Shown here one piece after another: positions 31,842-42,679 of a DNA stretch of 64,000 nt. The translations under genes were made by a program, and so were the position numbers. The stretch's first letter is position 1; every line of letters begins with the position of its first letter. The notes below the pieces were generated by a model that was not told where the DNA came from, did not search any database, and saw only the letters and a program-made list of their open reading frames with translations. The stretch comes from a bacterium (GTDB taxonomy: Bacteria; Hinthialibacterota; Hinthialibacteria; Hinthialibacterales; Hinthialibacteraceae). The DNA is taken from assembly GCA_963662285.2 (NCBI GenBank), contig CAXXMV010000008.1, positions 1,344,001 through 1,408,000 of the forward strand. Reading direction: 5' to 3'.

Positions 31842-34358
31842 CTATTCACAACGTAACGCAGTCATGGGATCAACCTTTGCCGCCCGGCGGGCTGGAATCC
31901 AGGCGGCGAGTGCGGAGACTGCTAACAACAAGACTGTTACGCCTATCATGGTTGCTGGATCGTATGGCTGGACTCCGAAAAAGACGCTGCGGATAAGGAT
32001 AGCAATGCCCAGGGCGACTGGAGCGCCCGCCAATACGCCGATCAATGTCAACATCACCGCTTCCCGCAGAATTTTCAATGCTACATCGCGGGATTGGGCG
32101 CCCAGCGCCATACGGATGCCGATCTCATTCCTGCGCCGCGTCACGGTATAAGCCATCAAACCATACAGACCAATGCATGAAAGAAAGACGGCCAAAGCCG
32201 CGAGCGATCCGCATAAGATGGAAAACAAACGCTCTATCATTATCGATTCATCGAGTTGCTGCTGCTGGGTCTTGATTTTTTCCAGTGGAATTGTTTTATC
32301 CAATGCGGCCACGCTTTTGCGTACAGCGGGAACCAGCGACAAAGGCGGCAGGCTGGATCGCACCTCAAAATACACAGAAGAGACCGTTTTTTGCTGTTGG
32401 GGAAAATACATTATGGGCGACAAATCATCCCTCAGGCTTTTATATGATGTGTTACCGCAGACGCCGACGATCCGGTAATTGGTTTCACCAATACTGAAAG
32501 AAAGCCCCAAAGGAGATTCGTTCTCTAAAAACATTTTAGTGAACTGTTCATTGACTACCGCCACCTTGGAGCTGGACGCGCTATCTGAATCATCGAAACC
32601 ACGGCCCAGCATAATGGGTAATTCCATAGTCGAAAAAAATGTATCGTTCACAACTAATTGACAGGCCTGCATGTGACTACCCGGTTCGGTCGGGCGGTCT
32701 GGAAAAGAGAAGCCATTCTCAGATGACCAACCGCCAGCGAAAGAGAGGTCTGAATAGGCCACGGCGCGTACACCGGGAATGCCGCTGAGAGAACGACGGG
32801 TATTTTCATAGAAATCCTTTTGCTCCTGATCGGTATATCCTGCCTGGGCGGCGTCCAATCGAAACAAGAGAATGTTTTCAGCATCAAAACCGGGATTGAG
32901 GTTTTTGAGATTGGCGAATGATTGGATTAACAAGCCTGCACCCATCACCAACAAGACAGTCATTCCCACCTGCACCGCGACTAATACCTTGCCAATGCGC
33001 AGCCGGGGAGCTGCGTTAGCAGCGCGATCCTTTAATCCTTCGGCGGGATCAACCCGCGCCGCACGCATGGCCGGAATCAAACCAAACAGAAGAGTAGTCA
33101 AAACCGCCAGCCCCAGAGTAAAGATCAAGACATTACCATCCATACCGGCGTCGAATCGCAGATTGCTTTCATATTTCAACAGAAAATCCATCAGAAGTTC
33201 TTTGCACCATAAGGCGACTAGCAAACCCATTCCGGCGCCCATAAATGACAAAACCATACTTTCCGTCAGCGATTGCCGTATCAAACGCCAGCGTCCGGCG
33301 CCCAAAGCGGAGCGGATGGCCATTTCGTGATGCCGCGCTGCGCCGCGCACCAGCAGCAGACTGGCGAGATTGGCGCAGATAATGGCTACCACCAACCCCA
33401 CCAAGACCATCAGCGCCCAGAACGGTTCGGCCATGCGTTGACGCTGCATCAAAGGGCCGCGGCTGCCGTCCTCCAACCAGATGCCCGGTTGATCCATTGT
33501 GGTTGTAGAATCTTCGAGCACCCGCTCGAAAAGCACGGCCAGCGAGGCCTGGGCCTGGGCGTCACTGGCGCCGGGCGCCATGCGGGCCATGATCTGCACC
33601 CACCAGTGTTTGGATGATTCCAATGGATTGCCTGACGTAAGATGGGGTTGAGCTGCCATAGTGACGTAAAAATCTGTTGGATCGCCGGGTTGAGGCCCCA
33701 CGAAATCTTGCGATAATACGCCGATAACAGTAAAAATTTTGTTGTTGATTGAAACGACCTCTCCCAATACATTGGGATCAAGGGCGAAGTATCGTTCCCA
33801 AAAACGGTATGTAAGCACAGTAACCGGATCAGCGCCGATTTCACCCTCTTCAGCAGCAAAGGTGCGTCCCAAGGCCATGCGCGAACCATAGCCGTTGAAG
33901 AAATTTTCTGAGGTCATCAGGCCATCCACAGTTGAAGGCAAACCGCGGACCTGGACCGTCGCCCGTGAGATAGAAAAAAAGGCGAAGACATCCGAAAATC
34001 CTTTCCCCTTTTCGCGGAATTCACGGTAGGCGGTGTAGGGAAAAGAATTTGAATAAACCAATCCCTTCGAGAAATTACTCATACCGCTTCCAGTGTAATA
34101 GCTCAATTTGGGGCTGCGTCCCGTCCAGTTGATATTGCGTAATTCGTGGGGATTAGGAACCGGCAGCGAACGCAGCAACACGGCGTTGATCATACTGAAG
34201 ATGGTAGTATTTACGCCAATACCGATTGCCAATATCAACACGGCGACGATAGTGAAACCAGGCGTCTTAACAAGTTGCCGCAAGCCGTAGCGGACGTCCT
34301 GATATAAAGTGATGAGTGATAGGTGATTAGTTATAAATTTTGATTTGGTTGATTCCAT
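31842..34358 (-). CDS. Duplicated-domain MacB/FtsX-type ABC permease (ADOP-like), P4
   Basis: [16 protein letters not shown]; shares [10 protein letters not shown] and HWWVQ.MAR with P5; ends DPMTALRCE. Confidence 0.95.
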   Translation of the reverse strand: MESTKSKFITNHLSLITLYQDVRYGLRQLVKTPGFTIVAVLILAIGIGVNTTIFSMINAVLLRSLPVPNPHELRNINWTGRSPKLSYYTGSGMSNFSKGLVYSNSFPYTAYREFREKGKGFSDVFAFFSISRATVQVRGLPSTVDGLMTSENFFNGYGSRMALGRTFAAEEGEIGADPVTVLTYRFWERYFALDPNVLGEVVSINNKIFTVIGVLSQDFVGPQPGDPTDFYVTMAAQPHLTSGNPLESSKHWWVQIMARMAPGASDAQAQASLAVLFERVLEDSTTTMDQPGIWLEDGSRGPLMQRQRMAEPFWALMVLVGLVVAIICANLASLLLVRGAARHHEMAIRSALGAGRWRLIRQSLTESMVLSFMGAGMGLLVALWCKELLMDFLLKYESNLRFDAGMDGNVLIFTLGLAVLTTLLFGLIPAMRAARVDPAEGLKDRAANAAPRLRIGKVLVAVQVGMTVLLVMGAGLLIQSFANLKNLNPGFDAENILLFRLDAAQAGYTDQEQKDFYENTRRSLSGIPGVRAVAYSDLSFAGGWSSENGFSFPDRPTEPGSHMQACQLVVNDTFFSTMELPIMLGRGFDDSDSASSSKVAVVNEQFTKMFLENESPLGLSFSIGETNYRIVGVCGNTSYKSLRDDLSPIMYFPQQQKTVSSVYFEVRSSLPPLSLVPAVRKSVAALDKTIPLEKIKTQQQQLDESIMIERLFSILCGSLAALAVFLSCIGLYGLMAYTVTRRRNEIGIRMALGAQSRDVALKILREAVMLTLIGVLAGAPVALGIAILIRSVFFGVQPYDPATMIGVTVLLLAVSALAAWIPARRAAKVDPMTALRCE

Positions 34359-34409
34359 TTTCTTTCTACCTTTATGTAGTTTTGATACTAAGAGTTCTAT
34401 GTAACAACC

Positions 34410-36803
34410 TTATTCACACCGCAGCGTAACCATGGGATCGACTTTGGTTGCTTTTCGCGCGGGGAGCCAGCAGGCCATTATTGCTACCACTCCGAGCACC
34501 AGGGTGACGCCTACTAGCGTGACCGGGTCAGTTGGTGTGACGCCGAACAGAAGATGCGTCAGGACACGGGTTAGAACCAGCGACCCCAATAGACCTATAC
34601 TCACACCCAACGCGATTAATTTCATTCCTTTCCCCAAAATGAGGAAAAGCACTTTGCCGTACTGCGCTCCAAGCGCCATACGGATGCCGATTTCCTTTGT
34701 GCGATGGGAGACCAATTGCGCCATCACTCCATAAAGGCCAATAGCCGCCAACAGCAGAGCCACTCCGGCAAAAATGCCAAGCAGTATAAAAATCAGGCGG
34801 CGGTCTGCAATGGAATCGGCTACGACCTGCTCCAGGGTGTGGATATTAGAAATGGGTTGATCGGGATCAAGTTTGAAGATTTCACTACGGATAGTCTCTA
34901 CCAGACTCAGCGGCGGCGCTTTGGTGCGCACTACCAGATTGCACTGAAAGGAACTGAAGGCTTGCGGCATATAAATACGCTCCATGCGGTCTCGGTCGAG
35001 GCCGCGATGCCGGACATCTCCGACCAGGCCGATAATTTCCCACGAATTACCCAGGAATTGCACACGCTGACCGATTGGATTGTCATGGGGAAAAACCTTG
35101 CTGGCGAGAGTCTGGTTGATGATTACTGCTCGCGGCGCACTGGTAGTATTGTCATGTTCTGTAAAAATCCGGCCTTTTAACAGCGGGATACCCATTGTCT
35201 GATAGTAATTACCGGAAACGAAATCGTAATCGGTGCTGATGTAGTAATCATCCTGATCAGGCTGGCTTTCAGCGCGGACTGAATTATCCGTGGCGCCGCT
35301 CATGGGCAGGGTGGTCACCGATCCAGCCGCCTCTACTCCAGGCAGAGATTCCACTCTTTGAATTATCTGTCTCAGAAAAACGGCGCGTTGTTCTCCATCA
35401 GGATATTTCTGATCATTGAGGGAAATACCCATAGCCAGCACACCCTCAGGATTGAATCCCGCCGGAACGGATTGCAATTGATACAGTGTTTTCATTAGCA
35501 GTCCGCTTCCCGCCAGCAGCACCAGCGCCAAGGCGATTTCCAGAACTATCAAGCCTCCACACAGGAAACCGGAACTGGACCGGGAAGTACGCGTCCCTTC
35601 TTTTAGGGTTTCGTTTAAGTTGGAGCGGACTAGTTGCCAGGCTGGCGCAAGGCCGAACAACAAACCTGTCAGGATGGATGCCAGCAGCGCGAAGCCAAGG
35701 ACATACGCATCAATGCTAATCTCTTCCACACGGGGAATGCTGGCCATTCTCCATTGCTTCAGCAGATCCACTCCCCAGATAGCCAGCAGTAATCCTAATC
35801 CTCCGCCGATCATTGAAAGCGTCAGGCTTTCGGTCAACAGTTGCCGGATCACACGCCATCGCGTACCGCCCAGAGCCACGCGCAGGGCGATTTCTTTGCG
35901 ACGCACAGTTGTCTTGGCCAGCAGAAGACTTGCGACGTTAGCGCAGGCAATCATTAGGACGAAGCCGACCGCGCTGAATAGAATCCAGAGTTGAGGACGG
36001 ATCTGACTGGTAAGTTCTTCATGCAAAGGGACGACCGCTACCCCCCACTTTTGCTTGTATTCGGGATAAAGTTCTTTAATTCGCTGCTTGATGGATTGCA
36101 TTTCCGAACGCGCCTGTTCGACCGTCACGCCTGGCTTAAGGCGTCCAATTACTCTAAGACGATTATCACGCCGTGAGTGGTGCCAGGATTCACTGCCAAA
36201 TACAAAAGGTACTATAACATCACACTCATTAGGGATTTTCGGTCTGGGAGGCAATACACCGATTACCGTGCAACTATCATTGCCTAAGCGGATTGAACTG
36301 CCAACTATATTCTCCGCACTGCCAAAGTACCGTTTCCAAAACCGGTGAGTCAGCATGACCACTTTTTCTTGCCCCGGTTTATCTTCATCGGGCAGGAATC
36401 CCCTGCCCTGCAACGGTTGTACGCGAAGGATGCGCAGGTAACTGGCCGAGACCTGAAGGACGCTTAGTCGTTCCGGTTGACCATTGCCTGTGATATTCAT
36501 ATTAACCCGGCGAACCGCCGAGATATTTTCCAGACTTCTATTCTGTTCTTTCCAATCATTAAATTCAGCGGCGGCGACAGAGTTTCGACCCCGCCCGTCT
36601 GAGGTTGGATCGCCCCAAAGTTGCACCAGCTGCCCCGGTTGATCGAATGGCAGGGCTTGTAACAATACGCCGTTGACAACGCTGAATATCGCCGTGACCG
36701 AGCCGACGCCAATTGCAAGAGTTAGCACGGCGGTAATCGTGAAACCAGGTGATTTAGAGAACATGCGGAAAGCAAATCGTATGTCTTGCCAAAGTGAATT
36801 CAT
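34410..36803 (-). CDS. Duplicated-domain MacB/FtsX-type ABC permease (ADOP-like), P3
   Basis: MNSLWQDIRFAFRMFSKSPGF; IACANVASLLL; ends KATKVDPMVTLRCE. Confidence 0.95.
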   Translation of the reverse strand: MNSLWQDIRFAFRMFSKSPGFTITAVLTLAIGVGSVTAIFSVVNGVLLQALPFDQPGQLVQLWGDPTSDGRGRNSVAAAEFNDWKEQNRSLENISAVRRVNMNITGNGQPERLSVLQVSASYLRILRVQPLQGRGFLPDEDKPGQEKVVMLTHRFWKRYFGSAENIVGSSIRLGNDSCTVIGVLPPRPKIPNECDVIVPFVFGSESWHHSRRDNRLRVIGRLKPGVTVEQARSEMQSIKQRIKELYPEYKQKWGVAVVPLHEELTSQIRPQLWILFSAVGFVLMIACANVASLLLAKTTVRRKEIALRVALGGTRWRVIRQLLTESLTLSMIGGGLGLLLAIWGVDLLKQWRMASIPRVEEISIDAYVLGFALLASILTGLLFGLAPAWQLVRSNLNETLKEGTRTSRSSSGFLCGGLIVLEIALALVLLAGSGLLMKTLYQLQSVPAGFNPEGVLAMGISLNDQKYPDGEQRAVFLRQIIQRVESLPGVEAAGSVTTLPMSGATDNSVRAESQPDQDDYYISTDYDFVSGNYYQTMGIPLLKGRIFTEHDNTTSAPRAVIINQTLASKVFPHDNPIGQRVQFLGNSWEIIGLVGDVRHRGLDRDRMERIYMPQAFSSFQCNLVVRTKAPPLSLVETIRSEIFKLDPDQPISNIHTLEQVVADSIADRRLIFILLGIFAGVALLLAAIGLYGVMAQLVSHRTKEIGIRMALGAQYGKVLFLILGKGMKLIALGVSIGLLGSLVLTRVLTHLLFGVTPTDPVTLVGVTLVLGVVAIMACWLPARKATKVDPMVTLRCE

Positions 36804-36830
36804 GTTTTTCTTTCTATTGAGTTATATCTA

Positions 36831-39239
36831 TCATTCACACCGCAGCGTAACCATGGGATCGACTTTGGTTGCTTTTCGCGCGGGGAGATAACAGGCCAAA
36901 ATCGAAATGCTGATCAGTAATAGAGAGATAAATAAGTAGGTTGATGGATCGGTTGGAGTAATTCCATAAAGAATGCTGCTCAAAAATCGTGTAACAGCAA
37001 ACGCAACGACCAGGCCAATCGCGATGCCAATCAGGATTAATTTAATTCCCTGCCAGATCACCATTGATACTACATCACCGAATTGGGCGCCGATGGCCAT
37101 TCTAATACCAATTTCATGCCCCCTTTGGCTTACGGAATATGACATAATTCCATAGATGCCAAGTGAAGAGAGAATCAGCGCAATAACCGACAACACCGAA
37201 ACAAGGATCATATTAAAGCGATTCATAACCATAGTATCGGCGATGAGTTTATCCATCGTACAGACATTTTCTATTGGCATATCAGGATCAATGGTCCAGA
37301 TCTGTTGCCGGATAGATGTTGAAAGCCGTTGAGGATTACCGCTGGTTCGGATAGCGAAACAGAGTGAACTATAAGGACGATGCAAGAATGGTACATACAT
37401 GGTTGGCCGGTCTTCACTGGTTAAACCGAAATGTTTGATGTTGTCTACAACGCCGACGATCTGGTATATTTTAGAATCCCAGTCAGGTATCTTGATGAAT
37501 TTGCCGATTGGATCGCCGATATTTTCATATCTCCGCGCCATGAATTCATTTATGATGATTCGATTGACGTCTGGATCTTCATCGTCGGAATTGAAATAGC
37601 GGCCTTTCAGCAAGGGTATCTTCATCGATTGAAAATACTCTGGATTGATATGCCGTATTTCGCCAAACTGAACATTGCCTTCACTCGACGCTTGCTGGTC
37701 TTGAATTTCAAAAGATAGAGATTTTCCCCATGTAAGAGGGAGAATGCTGGGTGCGGCTACGGATTCTACGCCGGGTAAGTTTTCAATTCCTTCCATGATG
37801 TTGCGATAAAATGTGAGTTTTTTAGAAACTGTATATTTGGAACCTGTAAGCGGCAGATGAAATGTCAACATATTACTGGAGTCGAATCCCGGATGTATGC
37901 TTTGCATTCTAATGAAACTGTTCACCATCAATCCTGCCGCGATAAGTACTACCAACGAGAAAGCAATTTCCACAACAACGAGATTACGAAGAATTCGCTG
38001 ACTCTTTGTACGTCCAACAGAACTACGGCCGCCTTCGTTTAAAACTGCCGTCAAGTTGGTTTTTGACATCTGCAGCGCTGGCGCCAGGCCAAACAGAAGG
38101 CTGGTTATGATGCAGACGGTGAAGGTGAATCCAAGCACAACATGATCAATGCCCACGCGGGTAACGTAAGGCCCCAATTCAGAAGGCAGAAGGATTTTTA
38201 ATAAATCAATGCCCCACAATGTAAGCAATAAACCACTCAACCCTCCCAGAAAAGAGAGAATAATGCTTTCCATCAGCATCTGGCGGATAACCCGCATACG
38301 GGTGGCGCCCAATGATGCACGGATGGTGATTTCCTTTTGTCGAACGCCCGCTTTGGCAAGCAGTAAACTGGCCACGATTGAACAGGCAAGTAAAAGGACA
38401 AAACCCACTGCTCCATGAAGCACAATGAAGGTTGGAGTCATCATCTGGATCAATCGTTCTGCTATAGGTTCGATAAAGATGCGGTAATTTTTATTGGTTT
38501 CGGGATACTCTTTGGCCAGGCTGGTGGAGATAATATCTAATTCAGCGCGGGCTTGCTCTAGCGAAACGCCTTCTTTGCGCATTCCAATTGCATCACAGTC
38601 ACGGGCGCCGCGATTTTTCTTTACGCGATCACTGGAAAGAGGAATCCATATTTTCGCTTGCCCATCAAAGAATCCTAAATCGGAGGGAAGGATGCCAATG
38701 ACAGTATAGGGGATATCATTGAGGAATATTTGCTGGTTTAGAATATCTTTTTTGCCGCCATACCGGTTATTCCAGTACCCATAACTCAGGACGACGACTT
38801 TATCTTTCCCCGGTTCCTCTTCCTCTTCGGTGAATTGGCGACCATACGCCATTGGCGATCCAATCGTATGGAAAATACCTGCTGTCGCAAGAAATGAAGC
38901 TATTCGTTCAGGTTCTCCATGACCAGTTACATTGAATCTGCGCACTGTAATTAAAGAGATTGATTCATACGATTGGCTTCGTTCTTTTAAATCTAAATAA
39001 TTGGGACCGGATATCCCTATATTATTCTTGTCTTTCCCTTCTCGAATCTCACAAATCCTCACCATGCGCTCGACATTGGGGAACGGCATGGGGCTGAGCA
39101 GTATTGAATTTACCATGGTGAAGATAGTTGAATTGGCGCCGATGCCGATAGTTAAGGCCAATATTGCCAGGCAAGTTATGCCTGGCGTTTTTAGCAGCAT
39201 CCTTATTCCGTACCTGATATCCTGCATAAGAATTGTCAT
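36831..39239 (-). CDS. Duplicated-domain MacB/FtsX-type ABC permease (ADOP-like), P2; close paralog of P6
   Basis: MTILMQDIRYGIRMLLKTPG start identical to P6; ends KATKVDPMVTLRCE. Confidence 0.95.
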   Translation of the reverse strand: MTILMQDIRYGIRMLLKTPGITCLAILALTIGIGANSTIFTMVNSILLSPMPFPNVERMVRICEIREGKDKNNIGISGPNYLDLKERSQSYESISLITVRRFNVTGHGEPERIASFLATAGIFHTIGSPMAYGRQFTEEEEEPGKDKVVVLSYGYWNNRYGGKKDILNQQIFLNDIPYTVIGILPSDLGFFDGQAKIWIPLSSDRVKKNRGARDCDAIGMRKEGVSLEQARAELDIISTSLAKEYPETNKNYRIFIEPIAERLIQMMTPTFIVLHGAVGFVLLLACSIVASLLLAKAGVRQKEITIRASLGATRMRVIRQMLMESIILSFLGGLSGLLLTLWGIDLLKILLPSELGPYVTRVGIDHVVLGFTFTVCIITSLLFGLAPALQMSKTNLTAVLNEGGRSSVGRTKSQRILRNLVVVEIAFSLVVLIAAGLMVNSFIRMQSIHPGFDSSNMLTFHLPLTGSKYTVSKKLTFYRNIMEGIENLPGVESVAAPSILPLTWGKSLSFEIQDQQASSEGNVQFGEIRHINPEYFQSMKIPLLKGRYFNSDDEDPDVNRIIINEFMARRYENIGDPIGKFIKIPDWDSKIYQIVGVVDNIKHFGLTSEDRPTMYVPFLHRPYSSLCFAIRTSGNPQRLSTSIRQQIWTIDPDMPIENVCTMDKLIADTMVMNRFNMILVSVLSVIALILSSLGIYGIMSYSVSQRGHEIGIRMAIGAQFGDVVSMVIWQGIKLILIGIAIGLVVAFAVTRFLSSILYGITPTDPSTYLFISLLLISISILACYLPARKATKVDPMVTLRCE

Positions 39240-39262
39240 TTTATTACTCCATTAGAGATACC

Positions 39263-41707
39263 TTATTCACACCGCAATGTAACCATCGGATCGACTTTGG
39301 TTGCTTTTCGCGCGGGGAGATAGCAGGCCACTAGAGCCACGGCGATTAATAGGATTGAGACGCTGATGTATGTTATGGGATCAAATCCGCTTACGCCGAA
39401 TAGTTGGGAGGAGATAAAACGGTGCAACGCCAGCGATCCAAGTAATCCCACGAATACTCCGATTCCGGCGAGGGATAATCCTTTTTTTAGAACAAGCCAC
39501 AGCACATCGGAAACCTTCGCGCCCATGGCCATGCGAATGCCGATTTCGTGGGATCGTTGCGCTACAGAATATGAAATGACGCCATAGATGCCCAGCGCGG
39601 CCAGGAATAAGGCGGTTAGAGCGAATGTTCCCAGTAGTGTAGCAAAGAAACGCCGTCCATTGGAACGATCTATGTTAATATCCATCAGAGTTTGAATACC
39701 GGCCACAGGGAGTTCATTATCCATCAAGGCAATTTCATGCCGGATAGGATTCACAATATTCATAGGCTCGCCCTTGGTTCGAACAACCAGGGTAAATTCT
39801 CGCCCGTTCCTTTGCTCGAAAGGCAAATAAACGGATTCGCGTGAATTTTGGTCAACTCCGTAATGCTTGATATGCCGAACCACTCCTACTACTTCCCGCC
39901 AGGAATCATCATCACTAGGCGGCCCGCCTTGCGCTAAGCGCTTGCCAACCGCACTTTGATCGGGCCACCACTTTTGCGCGAAACGTTCATCAACAATTAC
40001 GACCTGTTTTGAATCTTCAACATCATGTTGATTAAAATAACGGCCTTCGATCAGACGGATGCCCATAGAATTAAAATGATCAGCACTGATAACATTGAAT
40101 TCCGCATGAAGGTTTTGCCCCGGTTCGGGGATGGGGGCGTGTTCCACATAATAGGTAGATTGCCATTGCCCCAGGATATTGGATGACAGGCTGGCATGTT
40201 GAACGCCGGGAATCGCGTTTACCCTTTGCAGAAGGCTACGATAGAACTCTTTGGTTTGAGCGTCTTCGGGGTATTTATGTTCGGTTAGGGATAAATCCAT
40301 TTTGACGACGTTGCGTGGATTATATCCGGGATCGGCGTTTAGATAATTGACGAAGCTGCGCATCATTAATCCCGCTCCCACCAGCAACATGAGGGCGAGA
40401 GAGATTTCGGAGATAATTAGTAGTTCCCGGTAGCGTTTACGTTTCATGCCGCCAGTAGATGAGCGGCTGGTTTCTTTCATTGCATCATTCACATTAATGC
40501 GGGATGATTGCCATGCGGGAACCATGCTTAAGAGTAAGCCGGCGCCTAATGTGATGCCGCAAGAAAACAGTAATACAGTAGTATCGATACGGAAAAATTC
40601 GTCGGGATTCATGAGTGATTGATTGGGGATAATGCGTATAATCAAATCGCTGGCCCACAAAGAGAACAATAGTCCTGCAAGCCCACCAGCACAAACCAAG
40701 ATCATGCCTTCGCACAAAATCTGCCGGATGATTTGCATCCGCCCCGCTCCCAGAGCGCTGCGCACGGCGAATTCCTGGTTCCTGGCCGAAGCCCGGATCA
40801 TAAGAAGGTTACCGATGTTGGCGCTGACGATCAGCAGAACAAAAAATACCGCGCCCATTAAAAGCATTAAGCCCGGTTTTATATTTCGGGTGATTCTCTC
40901 TTGGTAATTAGTCAGTTGAACCGTGCAACCGCTATTGTTATCAGGATATTCTTCTTGTAATTGAAGAGCGATAGAATCCATATCCGTTTGGGCTTGAGCC
41001 AGTGAAATTCCCGCCTTGAGTTTGCCTATCGAACCACTGCCGGCATGATTATTTCGATTCAAAAACCATTCCTCCCGCTTCAATAATTCCATTGGAGTCC
41101 AAACATCATTGCTGGATGAACGGAATGGAGGAAAAATAAAATCAACTGGCATAACGCCGATAACCGTATAAGGCAAACCATCGAATAGTAGTTTTTGCCC
41201 CAGCGCGTCTTTGCTGCCCTCGAACTGTTCCTGCCAATACCCATAACTGAGAACAACAGTCCGTTCTGCATCCAAACTTATGTCGCTATCTTCAAAGGCT
41301 CTTCCCGCTATTGGTTTAACGCCGAGAATGGGGAATAAATTCGCTGTAACCTGTTGGGATGAAACAACCTCCGCCCGGTCAACGCCAGTACGGTTATACC
41401 GGGCGCCCCGGTAACAGGCCATTTCTTCAAATGATTTATTGCGATCCCGCCAATCCTGGTAATTAGCGTAAGCGGTCGACATCCCCCCGAATGTTGCATG
41501 TCTCTCCTGAAGATCAACCAATCGCTCAGAAGCTTCATAAGGCAGGGGACGCAGAAAAAAAGCATTGATGGCGGTAAAGATAGTAGTATTTGCGCCGATG
41601 CCGATGCCTAGAGTCAGGATGGCGATGAGGGTATAGCATGGCGATTTAATCAGCGCCCGGAATCCATAGCGTATATCTTTAAATAGAGATGTCATTATAT
41701 TTACCAT
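39263..41707 (-). CDS. Duplicated-domain MacB/FtsX-type ABC permease (ADOP-like), P1
   Basis: KDIRYGFRALIKSP..LGIGIGANTT; GIYGVISYSV..EIGIRMAMGA; ends KATKVDPMVTLRCE. Confidence 0.95.
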   Translation of the reverse strand: MVNIMTSLFKDIRYGFRALIKSPCYTLIAILTLGIGIGANTTIFTAINAFFLRPLPYEASERLVDLQERHATFGGMSTAYANYQDWRDRNKSFEEMACYRGARYNRTGVDRAEVVSSQQVTANLFPILGVKPIAGRAFEDSDISLDAERTVVLSYGYWQEQFEGSKDALGQKLLFDGLPYTVIGVMPVDFIFPPFRSSSNDVWTPMELLKREEWFLNRNNHAGSGSIGKLKAGISLAQAQTDMDSIALQLQEEYPDNNSGCTVQLTNYQERITRNIKPGLMLLMGAVFFVLLIVSANIGNLLMIRASARNQEFAVRSALGAGRMQIIRQILCEGMILVCAGGLAGLLFSLWASDLIIRIIPNQSLMNPDEFFRIDTTVLLFSCGITLGAGLLLSMVPAWQSSRINVNDAMKETSRSSTGGMKRKRYRELLIISEISLALMLLVGAGLMMRSFVNYLNADPGYNPRNVVKMDLSLTEHKYPEDAQTKEFYRSLLQRVNAIPGVQHASLSSNILGQWQSTYYVEHAPIPEPGQNLHAEFNVISADHFNSMGIRLIEGRYFNQHDVEDSKQVVIVDERFAQKWWPDQSAVGKRLAQGGPPSDDDSWREVVGVVRHIKHYGVDQNSRESVYLPFEQRNGREFTLVVRTKGEPMNIVNPIRHEIALMDNELPVAGIQTLMDINIDRSNGRRFFATLLGTFALTALFLAALGIYGVISYSVAQRSHEIGIRMAMGAKVSDVLWLVLKKGLSLAGIGVFVGLLGSLALHRFISSQLFGVSGFDPITYISVSILLIAVALVACYLPARKATKVDPMVTLRCE

Positions 41708-41756
41708 TTGAAGTGAGTATTTTTTTGTTACGGATTAATCTATAAATCGTGCGCTA

Positions 41757-42497
41757 TCAGGAAAGCGCTTCGACGGTATCTATAGGTATTTGACTAGGAG
41801 ACTTACGTAAGACGGTATCTTCCACAATCTGTCCATCGAACAATTGAATGTTGCGGTCGGCGTGTTTGGCGTAACGTGGATCATGAGTCACCATACAGAT
41901 GGTCGCGCCCTCACGGTGCAGATCAGATAGTAATTCCATGACCGCTTCGCCGTTATGTGAATCGAGATTACCCGTCGGTTCATCGGCCAGAAGGATTGAT
42001 GGGTTGCCGCATACCGCCCGCGCTACGGCGACGCGCTGTTGCTGACCGCCGGATAGTTGAGCGGGATAATGCTTCATGCGATGCGACATGCCCACCTTCT
42101 CCAAGGCTTCCACCGTCTTGGTTTTGCGCTCGCTGGATGACATGCCCCGGTAGGTCAGAGGCAGTTCAACATTTTCATAGACGGTCAAGTCGCCGATCAG
42201 GTTAAAGCTCTGGAAGATGAAACCGATTTCACGGTTTCTGATACGCGCGCGATTCGCTAGAGTAAGGTTAGAAACGTCCTCTTCATTCAGTAGATATTCA
42301 CCTTCTGAAGAGGTATCCAGCAATCCCATAATGGCCAGAAGGGTGGATTTACCGCAGCCGGAAGGTCCGGCGATGGAAAGGTAGTCGCCTTTTTCAATGG
42401 TGAGATGAATCCCGGTTAGAGCGTGAGTTTCGACCTCTTCAGTAATGAAGACTTTCCTGAGATTGGTCATTTTTATAAGGCTTTGTTTTTCGGGCAT
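41757..42497 (-). CDS. ABC transporter ATP-binding protein (MacB/LolD family), first ATPase of the operon
   Basis: GPSGCGKST, GFIFQSFNL, LSGGQQQR, LLADEPTGNL, VTHD. Confidence 0.96.
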   Translation of the reverse strand: MPEKQSLIKMTNLRKVFITEEVETHALTGIHLTIEKGDYLSIAGPSGCGKSTLLAIMGLLDTSSEGEYLLNEEDVSNLTLANRARIRNREIGFIFQSFNLIGDLTVYENVELPLTYRGMSSSERKTKTVEALEKVGMSHRMKHYPAQLSGGQQQRVAVARAVCGNPSILLADEPTGNLDSHNGEAVMELLSDLHREGATICMVTHDPRYAKHADRNIQLFDGQIVEDTVLRKSPSQIPIDTVEALS

Positions 42498-42510
42498 TGC
42501 GGTCTCCTTG

Positions 42511-42561
42511 GTGGTTCAATCAAGGGCTGAGCGCAATGCGCTCTTGCCCTTGGCACCCAGT
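42511..42561 (+). repeat. 51-bp hairpin (REP-like) repeat, copy A
   Basis: GTGGTTCAATCAAGGGCTGAGCGCAATGCGCTCTTGCCCTTGGCACCCAGT, with stems CAAGGGC/GCCCTTG and GAGCGC/GCGCTC. Matches the reverse complement of 44209..44259 at 46/51 positions. Confidence 0.85.
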
Positions 42562-42592
42562 AATATCAATAACTTAAGTTATTGGAATGTAT

Positions 42593-42628
42593 CCCTCACC
42601 CTAGCCCTCTCCCAGCGGGAGAGGGGAC
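42593..42628. repeat. REP-like palindrome (CCCTCACCC..CCCTCTCCC..GGGAGAGGG type)
   Basis: CCCTCACCCTAGCCCTCTCCCAGCGGGAGAGGGGAC, with the perfect stem CCCTCTCCC/GGGAGAGGG. Confidence 0.8.
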
Positions 42629-42679
42629 TTGGTTTATCGACAAAACTTTGGCGCCAGACATAATGAGATGAACGGAGTA

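Noticed and set aside
29366-39275. C-terminal ..LRCE as a prenylation or lipidation motif
   Set aside because: Cys is penultimate (not CaaX), two paralogs have LRSE, and LRxE is the normal ending of this permease family.
34410-39319. Repeated tails as a CRISPR array, integron attC sites or a DGR template/variable pair
   Set aside because: The repeats are coding and ~2.4 kb apart. No cas, integrase or reverse transcriptase gene is present, and mismatches are not adenine-specific.
24485-41707. Many antisense ORFs beginning MGSTL../MGSTF.. and duplicated 66/95-aa ORFs
   Set aside because: Shadow frames of the conserved permease ends and of the P2/P6 duplication, not independent genes.
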